A stretch of 53,022 bases of DNA from a virus (Duplodnaviria; Caudoviricetes): IMG/VR virus record IMGVR_UViG_3300020452_000997, positions 1 through 53,022 of that record, one strand, 5' to 3'. Under the pieces are notes generated by a model that saw only the letters and a list, made by a program, of their open reading frames with translations, had not been told where the DNA came from and made no database searches. Position numbers and translations under genes: made by a program. This document shows positions 27,759-36,053 of the stretch, piece by piece; the stretch's first letter is position 1; every line of letters begins with the position of its first letter.

Positions 27759-28267
27759 TAATTCTGTATTTCGCCACCAGTCAGTTGAATCTCAACACCA
27801 CCTATCTCCTTGTAAATGATTTCATCAATTCCTTGGCCACCAAAAACACCACTAGAACGCTGAATCTTGGCTGCTGGCATGATTGGGTCTTGGCCAAAGC
27901 GAAACTTGCACTCTTTCCCTGGATCAAGCCATGTGAATTGTGTGGTAACCTGATTCCAAGTTAAACCAGTTTCATCTGAGCTTTCCAGATCCCAGTTTCC
28001 AGCGACTAAAACATACTCAAGAGCATATCCACGATAATAAAATTGATCCCCACTCGCCCCTGGTAACATATTGCCATCAAGTTGAGACTCAAGAGGTAAC
28101 TTCTTGCTACCAGAAGAGACTCCAGCATATTGCGATCGTTTTACCCATAATTTGACCAAGTAGGCATTCGCTTGAGAAGTCACCCATCGGCCATTAACTT
28201 GCGTAACCGTGCCCTCATCTGGGACCAGCAGCCGCCCGTTTTCATAACCCAATAACGGGGAAGTCAT
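27758..28267 (-). CDS. Head closure-like protein
   Basis: Lies between the adaptor-like and gp10-like genes; beta-rich. Confidence 0.55.
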   Translation of the reverse strand: MTSPLLGYENGRLLVPDEGTVTQVNGRWVTSQANAYLVKLWVKRSQYAGVSSGSKKLPLESQLDGNMLPGASGDQFYYRGYALEYVLVAGNWDLESSDETGLTWNQVTTQFTWLDPGKECKFRFGQDPIMPAAKIQRSSGVFGGQGIDEIIYKEIGGVEIQLTGGEIQN

Positions 28268-28316
28268 GCGTCTCTAACTTAGTCCAACTAGGTTTCCATT
28301 GTTTCGCGCTTTGCGC

Positions 28317-28556
28317 TCAACGGCACTTAGAACAACTCTCTACTTCACCCTGAAGATACTTGGCATAATTAGCATTCATTTTGGTCCATGTATTGCAACC
28401 TGTACACCAAACATCAACTGTTTCATGACTCTCGATCTCTCTCATGATCTCTCCGAGAAAACCTTCGTTCATTTCAGGATGGATAGCCATGAGTTGTTTT
28501 TTAGCTTGACACAGGTTACCACAAAAAAACTTAGGATCTAATAAGTTGTGTGCCAT
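28317..28556 (-). CDS. Small zinc-finger protein
   Basis: CTGC...CSKC; likely start MAHNLL at 28556. Confidence 0.6.
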   Translation of the reverse strand: MAHNLLDPKFFCGNLCQAKKQLMAIHPEMNEGFLGEIMREIESHETVDVWCTGCNTWTKMNANYAKYLQGEVESCSKCR

Positions 28557-28935
28557 GACCGTATCCGCTAATATAACCGCCGAGGCAAACACAAAAACTA
28601 AAAATTTTAATCAATTCATCCTTTACTCGATTTTTCTCGGCTTGAGGGCCAGACATTCCACCATTACTCACCTCCCATTTTAATACGTCAGCCTCTATTA
28701 GTGTTTTGCCTTCAGTATTTGCTAGGTTTTGGGTCACTTGGGCCGTATCTGCGGCATTATAGTCAGTCAAAAGGTCTAAAACGTCTTGCTGTGCCACTAC
28801 AGACATCGTCTGCAAGTCATTCATGCAGGTAATCACACAATCTTGCGTATAAGTACCAAAAGGCAGGCTCATTGCCCTGATGACACGATAATCATCTCCA
28901 GAAGACCAGAGTCCAGAAGTGTTTAAAACAGCCAT
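28531..28935 (-). CDS. Head-tail adaptor-like protein
   Basis: 134 aa helical protein with LIEADVLKWE, ends LIRS*; late motif at 28957-28966. Confidence 0.55.
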   Translation of the reverse strand: MAVLNTSGLWSSGDDYRVIRAMSLPFGTYTQDCVITCMNDLQTMSVVAQQDVLDLLTDYNAADTAQVTQNLANTEGKTLIEADVLKWEVSNGGMSGPQAEKNRVKDELIKIFSFCVCLGGYISGYGHGTQLIRS

Positions 28936-28976
28936 TTGGCATCATATCAGGTCCCAGTAGGGTTCCAGGAGGTAGA

Positions 28977-29192
28977 ATGAGGCAGACTCGACCGCCTTTG
29001 AACTCTAAGATGGTATTAAATCTCTCATTAGCACTACTGCTAGCCATCAGATGTCGACAATCCGATGCATGCTTGCAAATCTTGGGCTTGATATACCATT
29101 CGATGGAAGAAGATCAAGCTAAAAATACCATGAATAGACTTATTTATCTCCTTGAACCACAAGAACGAGACTGGCTAAGAGATTTGGCTTGA
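28977..29192 (+). CDS. Hypothetical protein
   Basis: AGGAGG immediately upstream; fills an intergenic gap. Confidence 0.5.
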   Translation: MRQTRPPLNSKMVLNLSLALLLAIRCRQSDACLQILGLIYHSMEEDQAKNTMNRLIYLLEPQERDWLRDLA

Positions 29193-29198
29193 TTTTAT

Positions 29199-29408
29199 TT
29201 ATCCCTGCCCCCTTGGATACAAAAATCCAGCACTCGGTCTACTAGATCCTCCACCTCCGCCGCCAGGACCAGGACTCCATGCCTCCTGACTGATACCCGT
29301 AAGCTTAATCGCAGTACCTCCCCACGCAGATACAGTAAAAGCAGTCTCATCCATATTCTCGCTCGTAAGCGAAATGTTCGTAAAAGTCAGAGTGTTATCA
29401 GCTGCCAT
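29199..29408 (-). CDS. Small virion-type protein ending LYPRGQG
   Basis: Likely start MAADNTL at 29408, next to the upstream stop; Gly linker. Confidence 0.6.
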   Translation of the reverse strand: MAADNTLTFTNISLTSENMDETAFTVSAWGGTAIKLTGISQEAWSPGPGGGGGGSSRPSAGFLYPRGQG

Positions 29409-29409
29409 A

Positions 29410-30315
29410 TCAAGTAAAAACAGGTTCAGTAGTGCCGAAATCAAGCACAAATGTCGTAGCACTAAGATCACTTCCCATATAATAATAATATTTATTGTTA
29501 GTAGTATTCTGAATTAACTGCGCATTGGTTAAATCTACTCTCGCAGGCTGATTCGTGCCAGCCGATGGCATAAACACCCCTTGATCACTTCCACCACCAG
29601 GAATACAAGGCGTTGAACGTGCAGTTCCAGTACTTGAAGAAAACGTACCTTCACTATAGTTAAATCCAACACCCTCAAATACAAAAGCAGCCTCTAAACC
29701 TCCATATGTAATATCAATATTAGAAATACTAGGATTCAACTTATACTCGCCACTACCACCAGCGCTACCAATTGGTGCATTGCAAAAAGGTACACCAAAT
29801 CCCCCTTGAGTCGCTAACCCCACACTCGTATTCGGATTATCACTCCCACTAGCCCACGGCAATCCCCTATATAAATTCCACTTACCTCCACTCCCTAATC
29901 CAGGCCAAAACCATTGACCAACCTTCCCCTTCGTAACAAGAAATGCATCAGTCTTCTCATCACTCTCCCATATCCTCCAACTACCTCCCGCTGGCGGTTG
30001 AATTAAACCTATCGGATTACCAGCACTTAAACTACCATTGTCACCCGGTGTTGTACTATATCGCTCGTTCTCATACTGCGTACAATTCGTATTGCTAGCA
30101 GACGTCCAGTTATACCATAAATAACTACTACTCGTACTACCCTTGATATCATCAAACGTCATCGTCATTACTCTCTCAAATGAATCACTCCCCGCTCCAA
30201 CCGTAAATCCACTCTTCCCACTTAAGTATGTATCGAAAAAATGCGTCAGAAATCCATCCACATACGACCCGTTCGTTGCATTCGCAGCCAGTGTGTACAC
30301 TAAACTCCAGGTCAT
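29410..30315 (-). CDS. Putative virion protein with strongly skewed codon usage
   Basis: 301 aa, G/S/T-rich; late motif at 30342-30351. Confidence 0.7.
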   Translation of the reverse strand: MTWSLVYTLAANATNGSYVDGFLTHFFDTYLSGKSGFTVGAGSDSFERVMTMTFDDIKGSTSSSYLWYNWTSASNTNCTQYENERYSTTPGDNGSLSAGNPIGLIQPPAGGSWRIWESDEKTDAFLVTKGKVGQWFWPGLGSGGKWNLYRGLPWASGSDNPNTSVGLATQGGFGVPFCNAPIGSAGGSGEYKLNPSISNIDITYGGLEAAFVFEGVGFNYSEGTFSSSTGTARSTPCIPGGGSDQGVFMPSAGTNQPARVDLTNAQLIQNTTNNKYYYYMGSDLSATTFVLDFGTTEPVFT

Positions 30316-30428
30316 TTGAAACCACTAATATCTATGTCCAGCTAGTATGCCAAGAACCTGTTTTGCTTTTTTCTGCAGATTTTCTGAGGGGGCTGCCTGA
30401 GCAGTGCGTCTGTACTATCGGGGGTGGG

Positions 30429-30617
30429 GGGTATTTATACTTAGGTATATATACTCAGGTACAGGTGTACTGCCGTTTCGTTGGTGTCTGAAGCCGTAGG
30501 TACTTATACCTAGTTGCCTTCCTAGGTATTTATACTTAGGCACTTATACCTAAGTGTGCTCACTCCTGCCCTCGTAAGTAAAAATACTTATTCGAGAAAC
30601 AATGAGCACTTATACCT
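30429..30617. repeat. Left array of 14-bp quasi-palindromes AGGYA-N4-TRCYT
   Basis: Copies at 30429, 30443, 30498, 30524, 30538, 30576 and 30604; preceded by GGGGGTGGGGGG. Confidence 0.85.
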
Positions 30618-30669
30618 ATTGGCACTGGTGGTCGCGTCGCTATGCTGTAAAGGTAAAGGAAAAAAATCC

Positions 30670-30981
30670 GTGATCAAATTTCAATTCTATCTCGGCACTG
30701 ATACCCGCGGCAGGATGACCGAGCAGGCAGCGATTAAGCTGGCCTATGATTTGGCCGCTCGTCACTTTCCTAGCGGTCATAGCATCCGTGAGGAGGAGGG
30801 CCGATGGACTGGCCAGCAGGGACCAGTGGATGAGGTTACCGTCGTTGTCACGTGGCTCGCTGAGGCTGACCACAGCATGCACGATCACCAAGCCAGCTGC
30901 TTCGCGAAAGCTTACAAAGATGCCGCCTATCAAGAGGCCGTGCTAATTGAAAGACAAACCGTCGAAGCTTTTACAGTCTAG
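30670..30981 (+). CDS. SAM-lyase-like / DUF3574-like protein
   Basis: GTG start after AAAGGA; HFPSG.....GRW......E.T...AKAYK....QEAVL matches the G-x-[WY]...E-x-[TS]...Q-[ED]-x-V-L pattern of the T3 SAMase family as recalled. Confidence 0.6.
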   Translation: MIKFQFYLGTDTRGRMTEQAAIKLAYDLAARHFPSGHSIREEEGRWTGQQGPVDEVTVVVTWLAEADHSMHDHQASCFAKAYKDAAYQEAVLIERQTVEAFTV

Positions 30982-31079
30982 GACCTCTCAGCCAATTGTT
31001 AAGAGATATAGTTGGCTTTGCTCCTTCCTTCTTATCTCCCCTATATTAGGGGAGCCAACAAACACTAACGGATCAATCC

Positions 31080-31247
31080 ATGCCTTCTTCAAACTCCGAC
31101 CATTGGACTACCATGCTCAGAATCAATAACGAGCATCGCGCATGGATGGCACATTGGAACTTTAAAGTTTGCGCCGATACTGACGACAGAGCTCGCCAAT
31201 ACCTAAACGGCGCTATGCATCATCGCTCACACCAAGCCGAGTATTAA
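31080..31247 (+). CDS. Hypothetical 55-aa early protein
   Basis: MPSSNSDHWTTMLRINNEHRAW...HQAEY*; has its own promoter module upstream. Not in the ORF track. Confidence 0.55.
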   Translation: MPSSNSDHWTTMLRINNEHRAWMAHWNFKVCADTDDRARQYLNGAMHHRSHQAEY

Positions 31248-31316
31248 GTTTTGATAAAGGAGCCGCCATCCGGCTCCAATTCGACTAAATTAAGGAAGAC
31301 AACAAAGGGGCCACCC

Positions 31317-31466
31317 ATGAACAAGATCCAAGCCATCCGCCTACTTGAAGAGCTTACCTACGGCGAGATTCGTGAGCAATTAGACCTAGCAGGTGTCGAC
31401 GGTACAAGCGAGCTCGACAATGAGCAGGTTTACTCACTAGCTCTTGAGTGCTTGATCGATTATTGA
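31317..31466 (+). CDS. Small acidic early protein
   Basis: MNKIQAIRLLEELTYGEIREQLD...; AAAGGGG RBS before the ATG at 31317. Confidence 0.6.
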   Translation: MNKIQAIRLLEELTYGEIREQLDLAGVDGTSELDNEQVYSLALECLIDY

Positions 31467-31535
31467 GAAATGTTAAAGGGACCCGCTAAGGGTCCTTTTT
31501 AATTCTAGAATCCAATCAAACAAAGGGATTACCCC

Positions 31536-32135
31536 ATGAGCTCCAAAAACGTACGAAACATTAAGGCAATCCACGCGCTGGCCAGTCTCTCAGAAATCGC
31601 CGACGGCATGGCATGGTACGGCATCGCTAAGTGTGTCGCGATACAACTGGCAGGTGATCACAGTATCTCAGCTAATCAATCCATCGGCGTAATCGCTGCT
31701 TTGTCGCCCCGCAATAAGTGGTCACGTAACTGCCACGATGCAGCCAGCATCATCGCCGCATACAAAGCAGGAGGAGCCGAGCAGGCAAGACTGACCAAGG
31801 TCTGCACCTTCGGGGCTAACAAAGACAAGGCAATCAGGATCTTAGAGTCTGGTTACGAAACGTTACCAAGCATCTCAGATATTCTCAGCGGTCCTAAGCT
31901 GCGCGAGTTCGCATCATGCATCGCTGGACTGGATGACGTCTGCATCGACGGGCACGCGTTCTGCATCTGGAATGGTGGCCGCACTAGCCTGAAAGAGGTT
32001 CCAGCCATCGGCGTGAGACTGCGGCAACAGATTAAAGCTGACTACGCTCAGGCCGCGGCGGATCTCAGGATCACCGGATACGAGTTACAAGCCATTACTT
32101 GGGTGACATGGCGCCGTATCCATAATGTGGGCTGA
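31536..32135 (+). CDS. HhH DNA-glycosylase-like phage protein (DUF7178-like)
   Basis: G..WY, IAALSP...W..N, LSGPK...F, VCIDGHA and QAITW motifs. Confidence 0.65.
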   Translation: MSSKNVRNIKAIHALASLSEIADGMAWYGIAKCVAIQLAGDHSISANQSIGVIAALSPRNKWSRNCHDAASIIAAYKAGGAEQARLTKVCTFGANKDKAIRILESGYETLPSISDILSGPKLREFASCIAGLDDVCIDGHAFCIWNGGRTSLKEVPAIGVRLRQQIKADYAQAAADLRITGYELQAITWVTWRRIHNVG

Positions 32136-32138
32136 TAC

Positions 32139-32390
32139 GTGATCGAATTAATTCTCGCGGGAGTCCTGTTCTGCATCTCAACCGGTAAGCGATACGTATT
32201 CAGATCAAAGCCTAAGCCGTATCAGCATCCGTCTTTAAAACCTCAACAATGCGAAATCGTATCACGGGCAACCTGGGATAAGCATGACAGACCCTTCCTA
32301 GGCCCAAAACGAAAACGTAACGCTGAATTTTACCGATCAAGATACGTATCAAAGAAAGTAAAGAAACTTCCGAAGTCGTTACCATTCTAA
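32139..32390 (+). CDS. Small basic protein with hydrophobic N-terminus
   Basis: GTG start 3 nt after the upstream stop. Confidence 0.5.
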   Translation: MIELILAGVLFCISTGKRYVFRSKPKPYQHPSLKPQQCEIVSRATWDKHDRPFLGPKRKRNAEFYRSRYVSKKVKKLPKSLPF

Positions 32391-32497
32391 ACATTAAGAA
32401 ATATCAACAATCCGGTGTTTTCGCCGGATTTCTTTCTATATTGGAATCAAGCGGGAGATATCCTGCTAAATGTTACTAACTCACTCACTCCAAACTA

Positions 32498-32797
32498 ATG
32501 AGAACTTTCTTCCAAATCTGCTCACTAATTCACACTTTCAATCTTGCCACTATCTTACGCTCAATCGCGTTTCCGTTCGTATTATTTTTCGTCCTTTACT
32601 TTGAGACCATTGATTCACTTTCAAGTTTCGCCACTGATTTAAACTTTCCGCCCGCGCCTAAACCTTACATAAGCCCGATGTCAGAACTTTATAAACAACT
32701 CGAAACGTTAACTGTAAAGAATCTCCGAGAAATCACAGGCATTAAAAAGAGGCTAACTAAACCGGCACTAATTGAGGCTTACCTGACCACCCACTAA
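32498..32797 (+). CDS. Membrane protein with C-terminal HeH/SAP-like motif
   Basis: Hydrophobic segment, then LETLTVKNLREITG...TKPALIEAY. Confidence 0.6.
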   Translation: MRTFFQICSLIHTFNLATILRSIAFPFVLFFVLYFETIDSLSSFATDLNFPPAPKPYISPMSELYKQLETLTVKNLREITGIKKRLTKPALIEAYLTTH

Positions 32798-32805
32798 ATG
32801 ATACA

Positions 32806-32964
32806 TAGTATAAATGCCTAGTTGTTAATCAACTGGGCTTTTTTTTGCGCTATTTGACTAGTACATTTGTTCTAGGTATTTATGCCTATGACACTTCTGA
32901 ACTGGCATAGGTATATTTGCCTAGGTATATTTGCCTAGGTATTTATGCCTAATACATTTGTACT
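32806..32964. repeat. Right array of the same 14-bp quasi-palindrome
   Basis: Copies at 32806, 32874, 32909, 32923 and 32937 (AGGTATWTWTGCCT), then a perfect AACAGCCCC/GGGGCTGTT hairpin. Confidence 0.85.
32816..32846 (+). terminator. Terminator closing the plus-strand island
   Basis: GCCTAGTTG-TTAAT-CAACTGGGC followed by 8 T. Confidence 0.8.
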
Positions 32965-33378
32965 ACCGCAAAACAGCCCCGTGGGGCTGTTCACTATCAT
33001 AGCTGCATGCCACCAAATTTTTACGCCAACCCTCCGCCGCCGAATCTTAACCAACTGTAATGTTGCAGATTGTTACAGAAACTTGACAAATCGCAAGGGC
33101 GAAGCCCATCCCCCCGACGCAACGACTAACCTATCGAGCCCTCTCAGAATGGCCTACAACCAGCGTGTACTTATATATGGGTTACATTCTAAGTCAAAAG
33201 CAGTAAAAGGACCCTGAAGAGCCTCAGGAAGACCTCATAGAGGCGTTACCAGATATATGGCCTACGGAGCAACCCATAACCATCGAGATATAGAAGCAGA
33301 TGAAGTCAAAGCAAAGCAATCTAAGCAAAGCTCTCTGTATTGGATTTTGTATTAAAGGTCTTTATATATAAGTATAGT

Positions 33379-33551
33379 TGTGCATGGTGTACATCGATGT
33401 TGTGCGTCTTGTCCACACTGGCTGTGCATCTCGTCCATGTTAGTCCTGTGCATGGTGTACATGATTTGATTGACAGAGATAGATCTTATGAGTCGATTGA
33501 CTAAAAAGAAAAAAATAAAAAAATAAAAAAATAATTTTTGACACAAAAAAA
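33379..33551. repeat. Four iteron-like 16-mers plus A-tract (candidate replication origin)
   Basis: TGTGCRT-N3-GTMCAY at 33379, 33401, 33423 and 33447, followed by a long A-rich tract. Confidence 0.6.
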
Positions 33552-33577
33552 GCTCCCGATTCCACAGCAGGAGCTTG
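33545..33577 (-). terminator. Terminator for the minus-strand early genes
   Basis: AAGCTCC...GGAGCTT hairpin plus T-run. Confidence 0.65.
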
Positions 33578-33626
33578 GCGTTCATGCATTCAAATCAAGT
33601 CGATGAGTTTAGAATTTAATGGCACC

Positions 33627-33932
33627 TCAATGTAACTGCCCTTCAGTATACCTTGGCTTCCTTACCCTAAGGGAAAAGAAGCCTTCAAGATCTGGGTGTT
33701 TATCCATCAAATCACGAGCTACCAAACTACTGTAGTTATTGTTGATCTTTACGGCAATACCATCTGATTCTGTATGGTAGGATGACTCCCACCTCAATAC
33801 ATGAAACATAGCATCTGCTGACCAACGTTTGATGCCCTTCGAGCGAGCCTGAAGACATAGCTGATAGCATTCATCCAAAAGCGATGGATTAGCATCCTTG
33901 ACGGCGTTCCACTGAGATTGTAGTTTGTCCAT
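33627..33932 (-). CDS. Conserved hypothetical phage protein
   Basis: WSAD..FHVLRW...KINNNY...AR.LM...P.L.GFF.LR motif. Confidence 0.7.
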   Translation of the reverse strand: MDKLQSQWNAVKDANPSLLDECYQLCLQARSKGIKRWSADAMFHVLRWESSYHTESDGIAVKINNNYSSLVARDLMDKHPDLEGFFSLRVRKPRYTEGQLH

Positions 33933-33935
33933 GTT

Positions 33936-34190
33936 TTAGCTTAAAGAAAATAGTGTTCTTGTGGATTCTATGTCACCGTCTTTGTATTCAGTGAGATAGA
34001 TACCCGGACAATCATGATCAATGGCGCCAAATTCAATAGATTTCTCCCTAAAATTGAACGAACAATAACCTTCCATGCGTAGGTCATCGAAAAAAGGATC
34101 TACGCTGTTTCCCCATGAAATACTAAAAGCACTCAAAGAAAAGAAACCTCCTTCTGAGTCTAGGCTGACTTCAATCATGATCCACTCCAA
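33936..34190 (-). CDS. Hypothetical protein
   Basis: Tightly packed early operon. Confidence 0.55.
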   Translation of the reverse strand: MEWIMIEVSLDSEGGFFSLSAFSISWGNSVDPFFDDLRMEGYCSFNFREKSIEFGAIDHDCPGIYLTEYKDGDIESTRTLFSLS

Positions 34191-34450
34191 AGTCTAGGCT
34201 TAATGATTCCAAGTCCGTTCGTTATCGAGACAATGCTAAAAGTGTTGATTTCTTGGTCAACCGCTTTTTTCGATAATTGGTCATGATAAAAATCAAAAAC
34301 ATCAGCCTTACTGTAGGCCCTAACAGCATCAGCCAAAAGAACGTTATCTTCAATATACTCGATAAGATGAGTATCGCTAGGAAGCTCTTTATCTAAAGCC
34401 CACACCTCTTCGGAAGTTGTCCTTTCAAAAAGAGTGACAATGTCTTTCAT
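34175..34450 (-). CDS. Hypothetical protein
   Basis: LPSDTHLIEY...DAVR...DVFD.YHD; ATGA overlap. Confidence 0.65.
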   Translation of the reverse strand: MKDIVTLFERTTSEEVWALDKELPSDTHLIEYIEDNVLLADAVRAYSKADVFDFYHDQLSKKAVDQEINTFSIVSITNGLGIIKPRLWSGS

Positions 34451-34626
34451 GTTTTTTGCTCCATTGTGACACGGTAAATGCGGTTTGGATGAAGGCTAAG
34501 TGCAGGGACCTCTTCCATTGCTAAGATCATAGCATGTGTACAAGACCTTGCTCTAACCTTTACTGAATGTTCTCTGTTTTTCTCGTCTTTAAAACAGACG
34601 GAAAAGTCAGACTCTTTCGTCTGCAT
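34447..34626 (-). CDS. Hypothetical protein
   Basis: Likely start MQTKES at 34626. Confidence 0.55.
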   Translation of the reverse strand: MQTKESDFSVCFKDEKNREHSVKVRARSCTHAMILAMEEVPALSLHPNRIYRVTMEQKT

Positions 34627-34628
34627 TT

Positions 34629-35081
34629 TTAAATTCGAAACTCTCCATATTGTCCCAGTATTTTGACTTTGCTGGTTTCCACACAAGTCCCGATGGTTTG
34701 TCTGAGGCGCACTGCATCATTGTTAAGAAGTCTAATCTCTTCGCGCACCTTCATTCCACCGTACTCAGTGCGGAGCACAATACAGTCATCGTCAAGCACT
34801 TCTACTATACTGGAATGGTTCTCTTCTCCAAAATAGTCCCTTGACCTGTCCAGCACGTTACCATTTAGTTCTACTTCCATTATGCCTGAAGTCTGGCCTT
34901 GCCATTCGATAACAAACTGATTGCTCCTCAGACCTTCCTTTACTGAGAAAAAAGTTTTCATATTTACAGGCTCTAGAGTCGGTGCAAATAAGTACCTGCG
35001 CTCACTGCTCCATTTGCCGAGAGACCTGCGAAACCATTGCAATGCTTTTGGATTGTTTCTTTTAGTCATGTTGATAGACAA
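34629..35081 (-). CDS. CpcS/CpeS-family (CpcV-like) phycobiliprotein lyase-like protein
   Basis: WFRRSLGKWSSERRY N-terminus and EEIRLL....RLRQT...GQY.E.R C-terminus fit the S/U/V-type beta-barrel lyases. Confidence 0.65.
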   Translation of the reverse strand: MSINMTKRNNPKALQWFRRSLGKWSSERRYLFAPTLEPVNMKTFFSVKEGLRSNQFVIEWQGQTSGIMEVELNGNVLDRSRDYFGEENHSSIVEVLDDDCIVLRTEYGGMKVREEIRLLNNDAVRLRQTIGTCVETSKVKILGQYGEFRI

Positions 35082-35184
35082 AATCGATTACTATTTTGTT
35101 GATTTGGCGTAATGTTACCGGTTTGAATTAACACTGTTACGGTTAAAACAAAAGAAGCTAAAATGATAACAGGAAATGGATTGC

Positions 35185-35409
35185 TCATACTTGTTTTCCG
35201 TAGAGGCTACGCAAATAATCGCAGCCATTAATTTGTTTAGCTGGTGATAGGACTTCAGTGCGTCCAGCTAATAATCCAGCTTTTAATCCGGCCTTGTATC
35301 CATAGTCGAATGCTTCATCGAGCATGTCGTAATCAGCAGTCTCGGGCTCAGGAAGACAACCGCAATAACGTAGATAGACATGTTCTATCGTTTCTTTTTT
35401 GATTAACAT
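35185..35409 (-). CDS. Hypothetical protein
   Basis: 74 aa ORF in the early region. Confidence 0.55.
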   Translation of the reverse strand: MLIKKETIEHVYLRYCGCLPEPETADYDMLDEAFDYGYKAGLKAGLLAGRTEVLSPAKQINGCDYLRSLYGKQV

Positions 35410-35440
35410 GTCGAGGCCCCAGTATGGTTGGTTGGTTTAG

Positions 35441-35578
35441 TCATGAGTCCTCCATGGAATTGATTAACGCAAGAAGTCTATCATGGTCTTCGTCGTTTTC
35501 AAACGCATAAAGCATTTTCTGCTTCAAGCTTTGAGGTTCCCTAAGCGTTGCAGCCTTCATTTCCATCTCTGTATCCAT
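35441..35578 (-). CDS. Hypothetical small protein
   Basis: Likely start within MDTEMEMK. Confidence 0.45.
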   Translation of the reverse strand: MDTEMEMKAATLREPQSLKQKMLYAFENDEDHDRLLALINSMEDS

Positions 35579-36053
35579 GATTAATAAAAAAATCGACCTC
35601 AACCTGATTGGTGTTAAAATAATACGGAGTATAAAAAGCAGGTTCCCAAATAACTTTAGGGTTGAATTCTTTTCGCTCATCGTACTTATTATCTCTTATA
35701 GCATGGTTAACAAGAAGACTTCCTGATAAACCACTAAGAGATCGATGATAGCAGCCAACAGGAATCCGTAAAGCGCCAACTTTATCGTTTAGAAATACAT
35801 ACCAATGAGGTCTTTCCCAAGAAAGATTAAAAAGCTCAAATAAGCGGCTGCCACGAAGGACTCGATTATTATCCGTCTGATGCTTGTGACAATACCATTG
35901 CTTAAATCCGCGAATATTGGGAGGACTTGTTGAACGACCAGAATGTTCAACTAGGTCAGTCCCGTTGGAATCTTCAACGTATATGTCAAAGAATTTGACA
36001 TTCTTGGTTGTACGAAAAACTCTTGCTTCCGTAATCCGTATTGGGGTAATCAT
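35541..36053 (-). CDS. RmlC-like cupin protein
   Basis: WYCHKHQTD...G.R.FEL...L.IP.GCYHRS cupin motifs; cyanobacterial-type family. Confidence 0.7.
   Translation of the reverse strand: MITPIRITEARVFRTTKNVKFFDIYVEDSNGTDLVEHSGRSTSPPNIRGFKQWYCHKHQTDNNRVLRGSRLFELFNLSWERPHWYVFLNDKVGALRIPVGCYHRSLSGLSGSLLVNHAIRDNKYDERKEFNPKVIWEPAFYTPYYFNTNQVEVDFFINHGYRDGNEGCNA

Noticed and set aside
30556-30669. N-terminal extension of the track ORF 30556..30981
   Set aside because: It runs through the repeat array; the RBS and GTG at 30670 give a better start.
30429-32964. Repeat arrays as CRISPR or mini-CRISPR
   Set aside because: The units are 14 bp, degenerate and often abutting, with no regular unique spacers and no cas genes.
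32945-33585. ORFs 32945..33217 and 33352..33585
   Set aside because: They overlap repeats, hairpins and poly-A tracts with low-complexity translations; likely non-coding.
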